Assembly: GCA_004022145.1 (NCBI GenBank)
Contig: RCNU01000002.1
DNA: 64,000 bases
Strand: one strand, 5' to 3'
Origin: Paecilomyces variotii
Taxonomy: Eukaryota
The notes under the pieces were generated by a model, which saw only the letters and a program-made list of their open reading frames with translations, was not told the DNA's origin and did not search any database. How positions within the stretch are numbered: position 1 is the first letter of the stretch; every line of letters starts with the position of its first letter. Below, piece by piece: positions 48,116 to 61,648 of this stretch. A program made the translations under genes and the position numbers.

Positions 48116-49428
48116 TCAAGCTGCGCTGGACAGGATGTCTCCCTTCTCACTGACAAGGTGCTCGTTAACCTTGACGGGTCCCTCGCCCACTCCGGTGAGG
48201 ATAACCCGGCTAACGCCATCCCTCAGAACGTCCACAGCACGAGAGTCCAACTGGCTGAGGTCCACACCCTTGGACACGGTCTTTAGCCGGTCGGCGAAGG
48301 GGCCTTCCCACCCGTCGGTCTTCTGTCCGAGGATCTCCTTGAACGTTCCCGCGACAACAGTGCTGGCTTCGTCGAGATAGTAGATAACAGCATTTGGACC
48401 AGCGTCGAAGGTGTACGCCGCGACGGTCTTGGCAGCTGCACGGTTGATGTCGTGCACAATACGGACCGCCGCGCGGGAGACGTCGTTCATGTAGAAAATT
48501 GGGGGCCAGGAGTCGAGACAGGTGGCATGGAAACCATTGGAGTCACGCATGGTGATCTCTGCGAAAGTAGGGAAGTCACGGTCACGAATAGCAGCTTCGA
48601 TAGCAGCCATGCGCGCTGGGACGGTCAGTTCAGCACGGGTTGAGAAGAGAGAAGATGTCGCAACAGTGGTCTGCATGCCCTCAGTACTGGGGACGTCCTT
48701 CTTCTCAGCACTGACGACGAGGATCATTGCTCGCATGTCAGGCCAGTGAGATGCAGAAGCAACTTCCTCTGCAATGCTGTCACTTCCATCGGCCTTGGTG
48801 CCAGCGCGCCAGGCGACGTAGCCGCCCATCAGGGAGCGGCATGCGGAGCCAGAGCCTTGTCTGGCAATACGGCTGAGTTCTGTAGGTGACTGAGGGAGCT
48901 CATAAAGGTCGGCGATGGCGCGGACAAGGGCAGCGAATCCAGCAGCAGAGGAGGCCAGACCGGCGGCAGTAGGGAAATTGTTCTCGGAGACGATGCGCAG
49001 CGGATAGGCAGAGAGCTTAGGAAGAGAGGGGTCCGCATTTTCCAGGGCGCGACGAAGGTCGCGCAGGTTTGACAGACAAGCCAATGTCCGCTTGGAGGAC
49101 TGGATGTCCTGGGGCTTGCCGTTGAGTGTCAGCGTGTCGGAGGCGGGGTAGGCTGCGGCGCAAGAAGCAGTGGTGAGAGTGCGCAGCGACTGCTGGGACA
49201 GAGTGACGGAGAGAGAAGAGTTAGTTGGGAGATTAAGAGCTGCATCTCGCTTTCCCCAGTATCTGTTTTAATGTGCGTTAGTCTATAGTTATCATTGTCT
49301 CCAGTTTAGTCTGGAGATGAAGGAGGGGTAGCAGGAAAAGTAGGCTGACATGGAACTCACTTTATGACAGCGATGTTAACAGGTGCCGTTGTACTGGCCC
49401 GGTAAACAGTATTATCATTCTGAGCCAT
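48116..49428 (-). CDS. MVD1: Diphosphomevalonate decarboxylase
   Basis: TAPVNIAVIK|YWGKRD, NNFPTAAGLASSAAG, ARQGSGSACRS, DSNGFHATCLD and AYTFDAGPNAV. Intron 49263-49360. Confidence 0.96.
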
Positions 49429-49693
49429 GTTGTATATCTTTCTGTCTTAATGAACAAATAGCAGGGCAATAAATGGGAGAAACGAAGAGGATAATGCAAT
49501 ATCATACAATATCAATGATCGATAACCCCCTGAAGCGACGCCAAATCAGCCAAGGCGGTGAGAAAAGCGGTCCGTGCTGCCAGTTTTTTTGGCATTTCCA
49601 ATCGCTGAGCCTCAATTCCTGATCCCGCGAAGATCTCCGTCAATAATTCTTTCTTTCTTTCTTTCATTTCTCATCAACATCCCAATCCTCCCA

Positions 49694-50599
49694 ATGGGTG
49701 CTGGTGCCAGCACTCCGTCAGCTACACCGGCGGCGTCTGCCCCGGCCGCATCATGTCCCGTCGACCACAAGACCCGGGAGATCTGGTTACAGCAACACAA
49801 AGCCTCCGGCGGCGCTCCGCATCCTCTGCCGCCCTCCGCAGATACCGCAGCAGAGTCACAAAACGACCAGCCTACAAAACTGCAGCGGCCGCTCTCAGTT
49901 GATCGTGAAGTCAGCAGTATTCCGCGCGCCTTGGACCCTGGATCCAGAGAATCCACTGGTCCCGCTGCTTGTCCATCACCATACGCTCATTCCGCTCCCT
50001 CTGCCACCGCGGCATCACACGGCACTCCTTCCAACGCAGAGACGGAAACTGGTCATGACCCTGCCACGGGAAATTGGATTTACCCCTCTGAGAGACAGTT
50101 CTTTGAAGCGCTTCTCCGCAAGAATAATACCGGCACATCAGTAACATCTGCGAAGGAACTGGCTACGTCGGTAGCTTCGATCATTCCGATCCATAACGCT
50201 GTTAATGAGCGCGCCTGGCAACAGATTCTAGACTGGGAGAAGAAAGCGCCCACGTCGGATCCGGGGAGCAAGAAATGCGGTGGTCCCAAGCTCTATTCCT
50301 TCCGCGGTCTCGGCGTGGATCCGCAGTTCTTGAGTCCACGCGCGCGGATCAATGGATTGATGGGATACCAACGGCCATTCGACCGACATGACTGGGTAGT
50401 AGAAAGATGTGGAGGAGAGCGGATCGAATATGTGATTGATTTCTACCAAGGGAAATCATCCGGCTCACAGGGCAATGGCCAGGGATTGACCAACACCGCC
50501 AGTCCCGGCAAACTGAGTTTCTATTTGGACGTACGACCGAAGCTGAACACATTGGAAGGATGCAGGATGAGATTCAGTCGGTTTATGGGGTTGTCGTAA
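49694..50599 (+). CDS. CYT2: Holocytochrome c/c1 synthase (heme lyase), probably the cytochrome c1 type
   Basis: CPV heme-regulatory motif, NWIYPSERQFF, IHNAVNERAW, LSPRAR, PFDRHDWVVERC, EYVIDFY and LDVRP. MGAGAS start. CYT2 versus CYC3 is less certain. Confidence 0.8.
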   Translation: MGAGASTPSATPAASAPAASCPVDHKTREIWLQQHKASGGAPHPLPPSADTAAESQNDQPTKLQRPLSVDREVSSIPRALDPGSRESTGPAACPSPYAHSAPSATAASHGTPSNAETETGHDPATGNWIYPSERQFFEALLRKNNTGTSVTSAKELATSVASIIPIHNAVNERAWQQILDWEKKAPTSDPGSKKCGGPKLYSFRGLGVDPQFLSPRARINGLMGYQRPFDRHDWVVERCGGERIEYVIDFYQGKSSGSQGNGQGLTNTASPGKLSFYLDVRPKLNTLEGCRMRFSRFMGLS

Positions 50600-50953
50600 A
50601 ACGACTGTGAAACAGGCCCCCTCGGATTACGGAATTGGCACTAGAGGTAAAAGGAGTATAGGCATGTTTTGGGTTGAACAGTGTATCATGTATATGTATA
50701 ACATGGCTATGTACGATGACTGGTAAAGGACCGACAGATAACAAAGGAAATTCCGCTCCCATAGCGCGCCCGCAGAGAAACCAAGAGAAGACCCGACCAG
50801 GTGTGACAGAACCGAGACCAAAAAGAACAGCGGTCCAACGAGCATATCGAGACAGACAAAGGGAATCATACAGACGATAGACAGGTAGACCAGACATCAA
50901 ATTTCATGAACATTATGTCAACGGACAGCAAACAAGTGATCCTTTCCCTGGGC

Positions 50954-51908
50954 TCAGCCGAGAGTTGCCGCTAGGACAATGATCGTCAGGATCACAGCCA
51001 GGATGATCAGCAGGCAGCACATCTTGTTTCTTGCGTTCTTCTGGTATCGGCTCGCACTGCGTAGCTCGACATTTGCGCCCCGAGTGTCTGTCGTAACGTT
51101 CTCGACGTTCTCGCTAATGATATCCAACTGGCCTCCTTGCTCGCGCACAATATGCGCGACATCCCGGAATAGTTCGTTTAACTCGCCAACACTCTGTTCA
51201 ATGTTGCGGATCTCAGCCTCGCGTTCGATGATCAAAGCATCTTGGAAATCGACTTCATCCTGGTTAGCAAGTCGCGGTTCCTCAAGCTGCTGCTGCTGCT
51301 GTTGTTGGTGGGCGTCTGCCGACGGAGAAGTCGGGGCACCCTCATCGAGAGCGGTGCGCGCGGCCGCAGCAGATGCACGCTGCTTCTCCAGCGCTCGACG
51401 CTGAACTGTTTGGAACTCTTCCAGAGTCGATCTGAATTCAGAGGAGAGCTTCTGCTGAGTCCACTTTTGAGAGGGCTATATCGATATCTGTTAGCAATGG
51501 TCTTATCGTTATCAAGGGGATATCAGGCAGGCATTGCTCCGCAGGACAGGCCCAATGATTGGAAAAACGCAACAGTTAAATAGACAGCAACAATGACAAT
51601 ATCTCACGTACATTGACATCCTCCCATGTCTGCACCTTCTTGATGGCATCACCGGCCTCCTTGAATCCCGCCCGCGTCTCCTCTAGAAGGTCATGTACTC
51701 GTTCCCGGACACGCTCGGTATCCCGCTTCGTCCCAAGCAATGCGATCTGATTGGATAGACGGGATATATTGGATGTTAAAGTGAATAGCTGACTCGAGAG
51801 ACTCTCCGTGAGACGGTGAAACTCGGGATCATCGCGATACTGAGGGTCATCCCCGCGCCGGACAGTCGTGGGCTGCGACTCGAGAGAACTTAGACGATCG
51901 AAAGACAT
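50954..51908 (-). CDS. pep12: Endosomal/vacuolar syntaxin (Qa-SNARE) Pep12
   Basis: LGTKRDTERVRERVH (Habc region), intron 51476-51611, SNARE motif EREAEIRNIEQSVGELNELFRD..EQGGQLDII, and a C-terminal TM segment after CC. Confidence 0.9.
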
Positions 51909-52268
51909 GGCGGCAGAATATACAGTGTAATGTTCTTCTTCTTCCATAGAAGAGGCCGATAGAAATCAACCCCAAGGGATATAAAACGACTTGATGCGCC
52001 GACGAAGAAGGAAGGCGGAAGATCAGGCAGTAGCCTGACGTCGGTGGTCATGTGACCGTTACTCTGTTTAGCTGCAAAAACATATCGCAGCTCCAAAGAA
52101 TAATAATAAACCGATCAATCGCTTCGACGCTGCCGGTGCGCGCTCGCTCCCTTTCTTCTCGGACGGGAGTTTATTCCTGCAGCTGTAGGGGCTGCTCTTC
52201 CACCAACTGGATCATGCAGTAATCCTTTTCCCGCAAACATCAACGAGAGGTTCTGCATCTCCATCACC

Positions 52269-54389
52269 ATGGCCGTCGCAAGGCCTCGCCCGTACAGGCG
52301 GATCCTGACGTCCGCCCTGCATCGCAGATTCGTCCACGCCTCTGCCCTCTCCCTTGCTGTCTGCTACTTGGTCGCGTTCTTTACTGGTGTCAAGTCGTCC
52401 TGTAAGTGTTGTCGTGGATCCATTTCCGTTTCCTCAATTCGAACCATTCGAGGGGTTACTTTGCGCAAAGAATTGCATCTGACATTGTTTCTCTAGTTTT
52501 CTGGGCATGGTTTCCATTTGGTCCCTGTGGCATTCGCACCCTTCTTCTCTTCATTTGTCCCCTTACTGTCTTCGTTCTCCGTGTCGGTCAGATGCACATT
52601 GGCGCAAGGACTACGAGCTCTCCGTTGGGCACCATAAAGCACCTATTCCCTCTGCATATCATCCAGACGTTTGGCTGGTACTTCTTCTCTGCCTGGTGGT
52701 TCAGTGAAGTATATGTGTGGTCGTCTTCGAGTGATGCAGACCTAGGATGGGTCAAGCCAGGACGGTAAGCACTCTTTGCGGTATGAACTATGGCCTGCGA
52801 TGCTGATATTTAGCAGACACAATGAACGGGCCACGCTGAACGAAAGACCCATATACTTGCACATCTCTCATATTCTGCTTGCGGTGTTACAATCATCGAT
52901 CCACCTGTACACAGACATCGATCGAATCGATGTTCCCGTCGCGAAGCGCACTCCGGAGACAAAGGACTATAAAACTCACCCGGTGGTTCCTGTTGTGAGA
53001 AGGATTCAACGTGCACTACCGCAGATTGTCGTTGATTCCTTCGCCTGGAGTTCCATAATGACGGTTGCAGGACCTGTAATCTATATGCTGTTTCTCAGAC
53101 GCACCGCGTGGAGCTACACCTTGTCGTTCGCCAAGCTGTTCTGGAACTTCCCCCGGTCTGCAGCGGATCCTCCTGGTCTGATCCCTCCGCTGCATATTAC
53201 GCTTCTTTGGCGTTGTCTGACATCCGGCGCATTGCTTATTCTACTTTGGCGGACGTCCAATCTGTTCTTCACGGCTTTCATAGCCCAGGGTCCGATGAAG
53301 CGGGGTCAGACGCTGACAGCAGAGGTGAAGGATCCGAATGGAAGCTTACTCAATGGATTGAAGGCGAAAAAGGAGGTCGTGAAGACATTTGCGTTCTGGG
53401 AATTATGTATTATCAGCCAACAGTACCCTGAACGTCGAAAGGCCATCTTCAGCGATATCGATCGTGAAGGTGGCGCGACCTGGACCCAGGTGTTGAATGC
53501 CTCGACGGCCGTGATCAATGGCATTGGAATTCGAATTAACGAATACCAGAACCCGCCTTCCGCCATAGCCAAGAAGCCAGCGCAGAAAGGCCGGCCTCAA
53601 CCGACTCTCCAGACATTGCCGCAGCTGACTGCTCCGCCTAAACAAGCAGACATATTTGCCCCATCTCCAAAGGCGCGATCACAGAATGAAAAGTTCGAGG
53701 AAACTATTGGTAACGTCGTGAAGTCATACGGCCAATCGCCGGACTGGACGCCCACTGCTCGAGCCAAAGCTCGCGATATCTTTGATAAGGCGTCCATGGC
53801 CATGTTGAGCCCGGAGGGCAAGAGGAAGCTCCTCGCATCAACCAAACAGCCAAAGTTGCTGACTGGAACTGATTCTGATCAAGCTTCCTCCCCGGACAAG
53901 CTGCATCCCATAACGGCCCAGATCCTACGGTCTCCAGTTGGTGCACTTTTCAGGCAGACCTACTCACGGCGGTTACGTGGCATTGTTCTGGGGAGTCCTT
54001 ACGATTCTCTCTGTTCTATCATCGATGCTGCAGAGTCTTTGGCTTGCCTCTTTGTTTCCAGTTTGGAAGAAGACCCCTACGGCAAGGTGCAATCCGATTT
54101 CCCGGGTGTCGTACGTCTCCTTGCAGACACGATCGTGACTCTAGAGGGTTTCATTAACGGCGGCCTTAAAGTCCACTGGACGGACGTCACCTTTCCTCCG
54201 TCTAGCAACCCTGAAGCGCAGGCGGAAGCTCGCCGAGTGCCGGAAGTCGATGCTGTGTTGGTCTCCTTGAAATGCTCGCTTACGGAATTGCTCACTGCAT
54301 ACAAGCCCTACCTCAGCCAAGTTGGGCTTGCGGGCAAGGACTTGAGACTAGCGAAACAGGCAGCAGGTATGGTGGAGGAAGAGGCATGA
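52269..54389 (+). CDS. NDC1: Transmembrane nucleoporin Ndc1
   Basis: PYRRILTSALHRRF, LRVGQMHIG, LNERPIYL, DPNGSLLNGL, AFWEL..RRKAIF and SLEEDPYGKVQ. Introns 52402-52496 and 52765-52813/52816. Confidence 0.92.
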
Positions 54390-56340
54390 AAGGCTATGTA
54401 ACGATGATAACATCTTGTATTATGAGATAGACATGCGGCTATTGTTTGTCCGCGTGCGTTGGAAAAGTTTCTCTGCATTGGCTTTTTCTGATATCCAGAG
54501 ATGCGCGAGCTTTCTATTTATGTATCTAGGGCCCAAGAAGAGAGTGGGAGTTGGGTTCGGTTTTCTTTGTCTTCGCAACAGAATTCAGGGCGAAGGGGAG
54601 TCGAGTTGCATTTGTCATTAGCATCAACAAGGGAATTGACTTGATAAAAAAAAGATATATATATATATACCTTTCACCTTCACATCAGAACGCAGGACAT
54701 TTCTAGTCCGAACGTCCTTAATTATAGCTATCTCATCTTTTCACCACATCGGTAGTAGGGTAAACACGCACTTCCTATTTGGGAAATAGTGAAACAAAAA
54801 AACCCGGGTCATAAAATCCCCGCGGGCCGAGCCGCGGTGGATCCCACGGCAAACGCTCGGCCCTGTCGATTCCTGCCGAGAAAGGTAACTATATGAGAAA
54901 GTACTTCACACAGGATAGGATAGGATAGGATACTATCAACTTTGAATTTATACAGTATAGAAATCTGAGATATTCTTATCACAGAATGGGTCTTGGGGAC
55001 ATAACGCTTCGGTTTGTTTTGGTATGTTTGTGTGAGTGTGAGTGTGTCGTTATTATCTTATGATATGGTATGGGGTTAGATGTATACATGCATCATAACA
55101 CAGTTTAGTTAGTAGTAAGGATATAAGAGATGCTATGCAGGTTTCAAGGTCTGGGCGTCCTTCTGTAGCGCAGGTTCTAGATAGTGTGCCCACTGTCCAT
55201 TGCCCAACAAGGCTGTAAGTCTGTTAGTGCTGGTTTGTTATGATGTGGGATCGTGCGCAGGGTTTTGCGCGTATAAGGATAGGGCGAGTATTTAAAGTAG
55301 AGTGATTAACTAAATTGGATATGTGCGTCTAGTGGATTTGTTGGATTGAACGGCGAACTGTATACTTAGTTACTTACCACTACATTCTAGTTTCGGGTCA
55401 TGTTGGTGAAAGAGGCTATTGGATTCAAGAATCATATCAGCAGCTATGCTGTTCTATTGAAGACGGAATAAATACTATATGCACCCATATATATGTGTGT
55501 ATACATATGTAAGTCTATGTATGTACAACCCCCACAATGATCAGTCTCGCACTTTGGATGACAGTACGTAAGGCAATGGCCATGATGGCTGATTCATCAC
55601 GACTATAATATTACCACTGCCTCTCCACGGAGCTGCCTTGCCGATGGCTATAATTCTCTCTGGCTGCAAGAGTGCATGCAGGAAAGAGGTGAGGTAAGCC
55701 TGCGTGCAAGCGCCCAAGATCGCGAATCAGTTTTTTGTTTTGGAAGAACGTCCAGAGAATGAGTTTCCGGTAGATGAAAAACGAAGAACCGGTAACTCCC
55801 CAATTTCTTTTACTTCCCAACCTCGAAATCACAAACACACAAAAAGGTCGTGTCACGTCACAGTCCCTGTACTTTTGTTTTCTTCTTTTTTTCCTTTTTG
55901 TCTGCATGATGGCCTACCATTTAGGCCATCTGCCTAAACTCGCCCTCTCTGTACTCCAGAAGTTGTCCATTCGTAATCTGAAATTGCAACACCACACACA
56001 AAATGCTCGTCAAAACGTCACAAGACGATGTTGCTCAATATCTGCCAATCGCATGGCGGAAATGCTTAATATCGGAGGACTTGAAAAGAAAAAAAGAAAA
56101 GGTCCTTGGGAATCCAAATAGTTGCGAGAACGAAGTCGGTGTTTAGACAAGTGAACGGAAGCGAACATGGTAAAAAGATGCACAAGCGAAGGATAAGAAG
56201 GTCTCGAATATTAATCGCCGCCCATATTTGCAATAGCCGAAAGACGCCTGCCAAGAAGGAAAAAATGCGGGGTGAAACGTTTCCTTTCCCCAAAGTCGAA
56301 CGGTACCGTAAATGCGAATGAGGGAAGAATATGATCTGAT

Positions 56341-58668
56341 CTAGGATTCGTCCATTACTTCATCGATGGTGTTTGAGCTGAGGGTTCCTGTTGATGAGAC
56401 CGTAGTACCGGCTCCGTTCACACTTGAGGGCCCTCGGCCCCCTTGTTCACTGATGCTTCCCAGTCTGGACTCAGCCTGTGGTTCATCCTTCATGCACGCA
56501 TTTTCGAGGATATTAGTCCACTTCCCGCTGGTGCCTGCGTGGCTATGCTTCAGATGCTGCCGGAAATGATCCGCGCGGTAGAACTTCTTGGCATTGTTGC
56601 ATTCCCCGAACTTGTGCACGCTGGTCAGATGCTCAAATCTGCGGTCCCAGTCGGGTTGCGGGAAATTAGGGAAGTCTTCGCCGCAGTATCCGCAAGTATC
56701 ATGGGAGGGACCAGCACTGGTTTGGGCCGCTGGTGAGATAGAGGAGTGAAAAGCAGCTTGGTAGCCCGACAGAGCAGCACAAGACCAAGAATGACGACGG
56801 AGATGGAGCGAATTCTGATGACGCTCAGCCTCGTTCTTGTTCTTGAACCGGTTGTTGCAGAACTGGCATGAGTATTGCTTCTCTGACTCGTGGGCCCTGG
56901 AAGGTGAATCCACGTTAGTTTGGCGCTATACAACACGCGGGATCTTCACAGAAAAAAGTAAATCAAGTATATCTTACCTCAGTTCTTCAGGGCTGCTAAA
57001 CTTCTTTGGTTTCTTTGGGCAGCAGTCACAAATGAACATGCCTTGGATCCCTGGGCCTGTCGGCTTCGACACGTTCAACGTTGTCTGTACGGACATCTTC
57101 CGTGCCGTTACTGCATTCTGAGCCTCGGACACTGCGCAGTACTGGGCACCTCTGGCAGCCGGTTGACCGATCAGAGATGCTGGAGGACTGGGATTGAGGA
57201 TTGTCTTCTCGTGGTACTGCTCGAACTCCGAACCGGGCGATATGCCTCCAGGGGAGAGACGATCGTATGAAGAGATGCTTGTTACACTGCTGCCTCCCAA
57301 TGACAATCCAGCGGATGAAGCATAGGAGCCGGTCCGTAGGCTTGCAGAAGAGGCCGATGACAGTGATCCGGGACAGACTTGATAGCGGGAATTAGGAGAA
57401 GTTGAATTAGTGAATGGATGTTCTGTGGTCCGCCTTTGGCGATCACCGTTGCTTGTCGACGCTCTTCTCTTCATGCCTTGCTGCTTGTACTGAGTTGACG
57501 CCCCGTCGAGATAAGGGGGAGTACGTTCTCCCAAGGGGCCCTGCCGATATTGTGTAGAATCTTCAGCAGAAAAGTCGCCCTCCACATCCGAAAAGACGCC
57601 TTGGTCATAGCTTCCCCGGTTCGATCGACTAGGTAAACTGAACGTGTCCTCAGACTGAGGAGTCACACCACCAGCAGATCGACGAGCAGCATTCTCAAAG
57701 TCAAGCCCGAAAGGAGCGTTGCTTTCAACACTAGGACTCCGGCAGTCCATATAGTCTTTCCATCCGAGCTTTGTCCCTGGTGAAATACCTCCAGAGGAGT
57801 TATTATACCATCTAAGCTCCAACGAACCTCCCGGGCCGTCGGGAGCGCCAGGAGAGGGAAGGGTTCCCGCACTCCGTGGATGGAAAGGCAACGCTGTCAA
57901 CGAATTCCGGGCGTCTATACCCAAAGGACCGGGGTGTCGTGATGGAGAGTGTGGTTTTCCGATTTTCGAGAGGAGATGTTGGTCGTATGCATCTGAAGAG
58001 CTTTTCACGCTCTTGCGAGAGAAATCCCGCTCACCTTCGAGACTGGTTCCACCACGTCAGCACAACCAATTCAATAACAACTCTCCTTCTATGTAACCAT
58101 ACTGCGCAATTGACAATCAATGCTCAGGTAAAAAAAAAGAATAAGGTATACTGCAAACGAAAAAATTTGATCCTGGTACTTACATTGGTCCTGGCATGCT
58201 TGAAGAGACAGAACCTCGAAAGCCCTCATCGGTCCGGTGAGGAAGGTCAATCTTAATAGGAGGCTGTGGACTTTTGGATAGAGGTGTACCACTAGTTCTT
58301 TCTAGTTCAGACACCATTGATCTGTCACTTCTGGCCAGTGGTTCTGGGCGTGAATGACCTCCGTACAGGCTTGAGCCAGGGTCAATTGGGGTCAATTTTC
58401 CAAAACTACCAAACCCAGGTGAATTCGCGTGAATCCAGCCAGCATCATGACCCGATTGCAGGGCGTTTATATGGGGTGGAGGCGGAAGCGGAGGAGGAGC
58501 AAAGTCCTGCACATTCTTGGTAGGAATCCTCATCGGCCCAGGCGATGAGAAGGACTGTTCACCAACAGGATGGGACGATGAATTAACCGTGGACATGCGG
58601 CGGTCATAGCTGTTGTTGAAATCATGGACGTGGATCGAAGGCGGGGAGGACAGCCGCGGGAACTCCAT
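56341..58668 (-). CDS. C2H2 zinc-finger transcription factor
   Basis: FICDCCPKKPKKF..ELR|AHESEKQYSCQFCNNRFKNKNEAERHQNSLH, CGYCG..HLTSVHKF and FYRADHFRQHLKHSH. Introns 58043-58183 and 56897-56977. Confidence 0.9.
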
Positions 58669-61623
58669 ATTCGAGGGAAAGTTGCCTCAAGCCAAACATC
58701 CAGGGGTGGAGAGCAATAAAAATGATCTCTCAGTATTCGGCAGCTAGACGCATAGGACGATGAACGGGCGTTTCGCAATTGTCTCGTGGTGGCAAGTGGA
58801 ACGGCTCCGTTCGGGTAGTTCGTTGTGCCCAGCTGAGGGGCAGAGATAGGACCGAATGGGCGCCGTCGGTGAGAAATATCGAAAAAAAGCTTCCTGTAGA
58901 AGTTATGGTGGGTTGTTCAAAAGAACGCCGGGGCAAGAGACGAGAGTGGCGCGCGGTAGATCCCGTTAATAGAAGGAAATGAAATGATATAATAGTCTTG
59001 TTTTGGCGCTTGTATCTGGATTAGAAAGAGTAAGGTTAGGCTTGGTACATGGACTTGCGGCCTCTTGTCAGACAGTAGGGCTGAACAACGTACCCTATTC
59101 GGGCTTCTAAACGGGGGATCCAGTCTGCCGCTGCAACTCATCAAGTGAGGTCGATGTATCTACCACACCCAGATGGAACCCTTTCCTTTGTTTCGCAACC
59201 AGCGTGGAGTTAGACCGTGGATAGCGGGGTCAAGTGGAAGGGCCAAAGAGCATAGTGAACGGCATCAAGATTCCAAACGTGCGTGTGTACAAGACGGGAA
59301 CGTAGTGGTGGACAGCCAACCAGTGACGGATCAGGAACAGCCTGTCAAAGAAGAAAAACTGCTTTTCTTCTGGGTTCTCTCTGTCTTTGTCCCGTAAGGA
59401 TAATGTCCAATACAATGACAGAGACGCGAGGGTAGCCTAAGTATACTATATGCCGCGGTTGTGCAGAAAAGTTTCCCAAGCCCGCAAGCCAGACCAGTCG
59501 TCGATGGATATTTCCGTTCGAGACACAGCGCGGAAAAGAGCTGTCTCTCTTTCTCTCTCTTAGACAGGGAGTATGATTGCACCCGCCACCTGTGGGGGGG
59601 CGCAATTTGTTGAATGTTGACAGTGAACGCTCTTGGTTCGCCGCTGACCAGCAAGACAACAGCCGAATTCCGCACTGCAGGGTGTGCTGTTCCGGTCGAG
59701 AGCGCGCGCGCAGGGAAGAAGGAGAGTTAAGAGAACGAGCGAGATCCGAAGAGGATTGAGACTATCATTCGCATCGGTATCCGCACCAGCTGCAGCTCCT
59801 GTGGGCACTCTTTTTTTTTTTTTCTCCCAGCGCGCGCTGGGATGGCGGGAGCTGGCTTCGAGTCCGTACACCGTATGGGGTGTAACAGACGAGACGAGCA
59901 GATGGGCCAGGATCGCAGATGCCAAGCCCGCGGAAGGGTGGGCGACAAGCCCCAGGGCCGATTTGCAGGACTGTCACTTGTCAAGAGAGACAGTCCAGTG
60001 GCTCTAGCTGGAGCAGAGACGGTCTAGTGATACGTACTGTGCTGTTAGCTGGAGACATGAACTCACGCCGTTGGAAAAGGCCCGCGCCGGAACGGCCAGG
60101 CAAGGCTTCATGGGGGCTGCGGGCTGGCGGGAGCTGGCAGGGCGTGGTGGATTCCCAGGACCCTCACGTTCGATTATTGGAATTGAATTAACTTCTCTCG
60201 AACCAGGACCAGGGTGGCCGCAGTAGGGCAGACCGTGACACCAAGCGGTTTAACTGGGGATGGTTTCGTTCTGGCGCTTCGGGATAGCCGTCGTGGAGCC
60301 GTGCGTTTTTTCTGGACGGTGGTGCGCCAGTGGACAGGCCTTGGGCAGATCAGCTACCGCCCTTCTCAGAGCCAAAAGGACAGAAGAGAAAGAAAAAGGA
60401 AAACCCTCAGAGACTCGCTTGGGGTTGGTGAGGATGATCCAGTCTGCGTTGCAATAATGGTATCAGACCCGTCCGTCCGTTGTTAGAAAAGACAGATTTA
60501 ACCGGTGATACATGCAGCCCAGCACAGACGCCCCCCCAGACAGCGCACCGCAGAAACCCAAACAGAGCATGTGTATTTGGCACTGACAGGAGCGTACATC
60601 AGAGCAGGACTGTCTGTGTGTGCCATTATTCGTCCCTCCTTCGTACCATGGACCGTCCCGAGGGGAACAAATCCAACGACGCGTCTGATCATCGTTGGGG
60701 CCCGGGGCCGACGGACACGCTAGAAGGTTATGAGAATCCTCCATGGAGCGGTGAACACGAGCTACTCGACTAGATGGAGAGCTATCCAGTCCAAAGAGAG
60801 CAAGCACTTCGCAGTAGTAGGAGGCAACGGTTCATTAAGGCAAGTCAAGCCATAACATGGTCAAGGACACTATTATTCCTACTACTACGGAGTTACAGAA
60901 AATATTAATTTCCTCCTCGTCCACGGGACCAGAATCTCTAGTCTCCATACACTTAGATAGGTACCTCTCTCTCCGTATCTACGCTCTCTGCGGACACTGA
61001 TAAAAATAACATGAGCAGGGATCCTTTTACTACGGCATCATACTATGGGTGTTCCTTGGCCGTGCTTGTACAGTACAAGTACTCTGGACCGTTCAGGACC
61101 ATACGAATCCTTAACTAATTCCGCCACGCGATGGCTGACTTGGAGGGTGTGTAGAAAAGTACGCTGTCGTTTTCTGGTGGCTCACTGATTCGCCCCGAAC
61201 AATCATGCAGTGCACGATGGCGGCAAAGCAGTCACAGGGCTAGCGGGACCTCTTTCATCATCGATAAGCAGGGGGTAAAGAGCTCGATGGTCGCGTATAC
61301 TTACGGGGTACATGGAATACTCTAATCATATCTGTCCCTTGGGACCATCGATTCAGAATGTTACAGCGTCCGGATGACTGGGTCTATCTACGGGTAATAT
61401 TGTTGTTTCATTGCTGACGGGAAACCCCCCGCCGCAGCTCCCTGCAACCCAGAAAAGGTTGTTGTTCGGTATGGAGAGGATCAGAATGGAAAAAGCGCTT
61501 CACTTAATATTTCTCTCGACCCTGCCATTGGGTTGATAGGGTTTCCTTTCCGTGCCCCCGTCGACAAGTAAGTAATAATCCAAGAGGATCGATACCCGCA
61601 AAGTATGTTAACTATGTGTTGAC

Positions 61624-61648
61624 ATTATTATTATTGTTGTTGTTGTTC
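61624..61648 (+). repeat. (ATT)n(GTT)n simple repeat
   Basis: attattattattgttgttgttgtt read directly. Confidence 0.8.

Noticed and set aside
49298-49317. Hairpin tctccag-N6-ctggaga in the MVD1 intron (riboswitch-like?)
   Set aside because: Only a 7-bp stem with no TPP-aptamer motifs; expected by chance.
54680-54975. Possible snoRNA (U3-like gtacttca..caggat, a minus-strand GATGA..CTGA pair) and a GC-rich hairpin-like patch
   Set aside because: No complete, correctly ordered box set or rRNA-complementary guide was found, and the caggat runs into a (GGATA)n simple repeat. An Infernal/Rfam scan would be needed.
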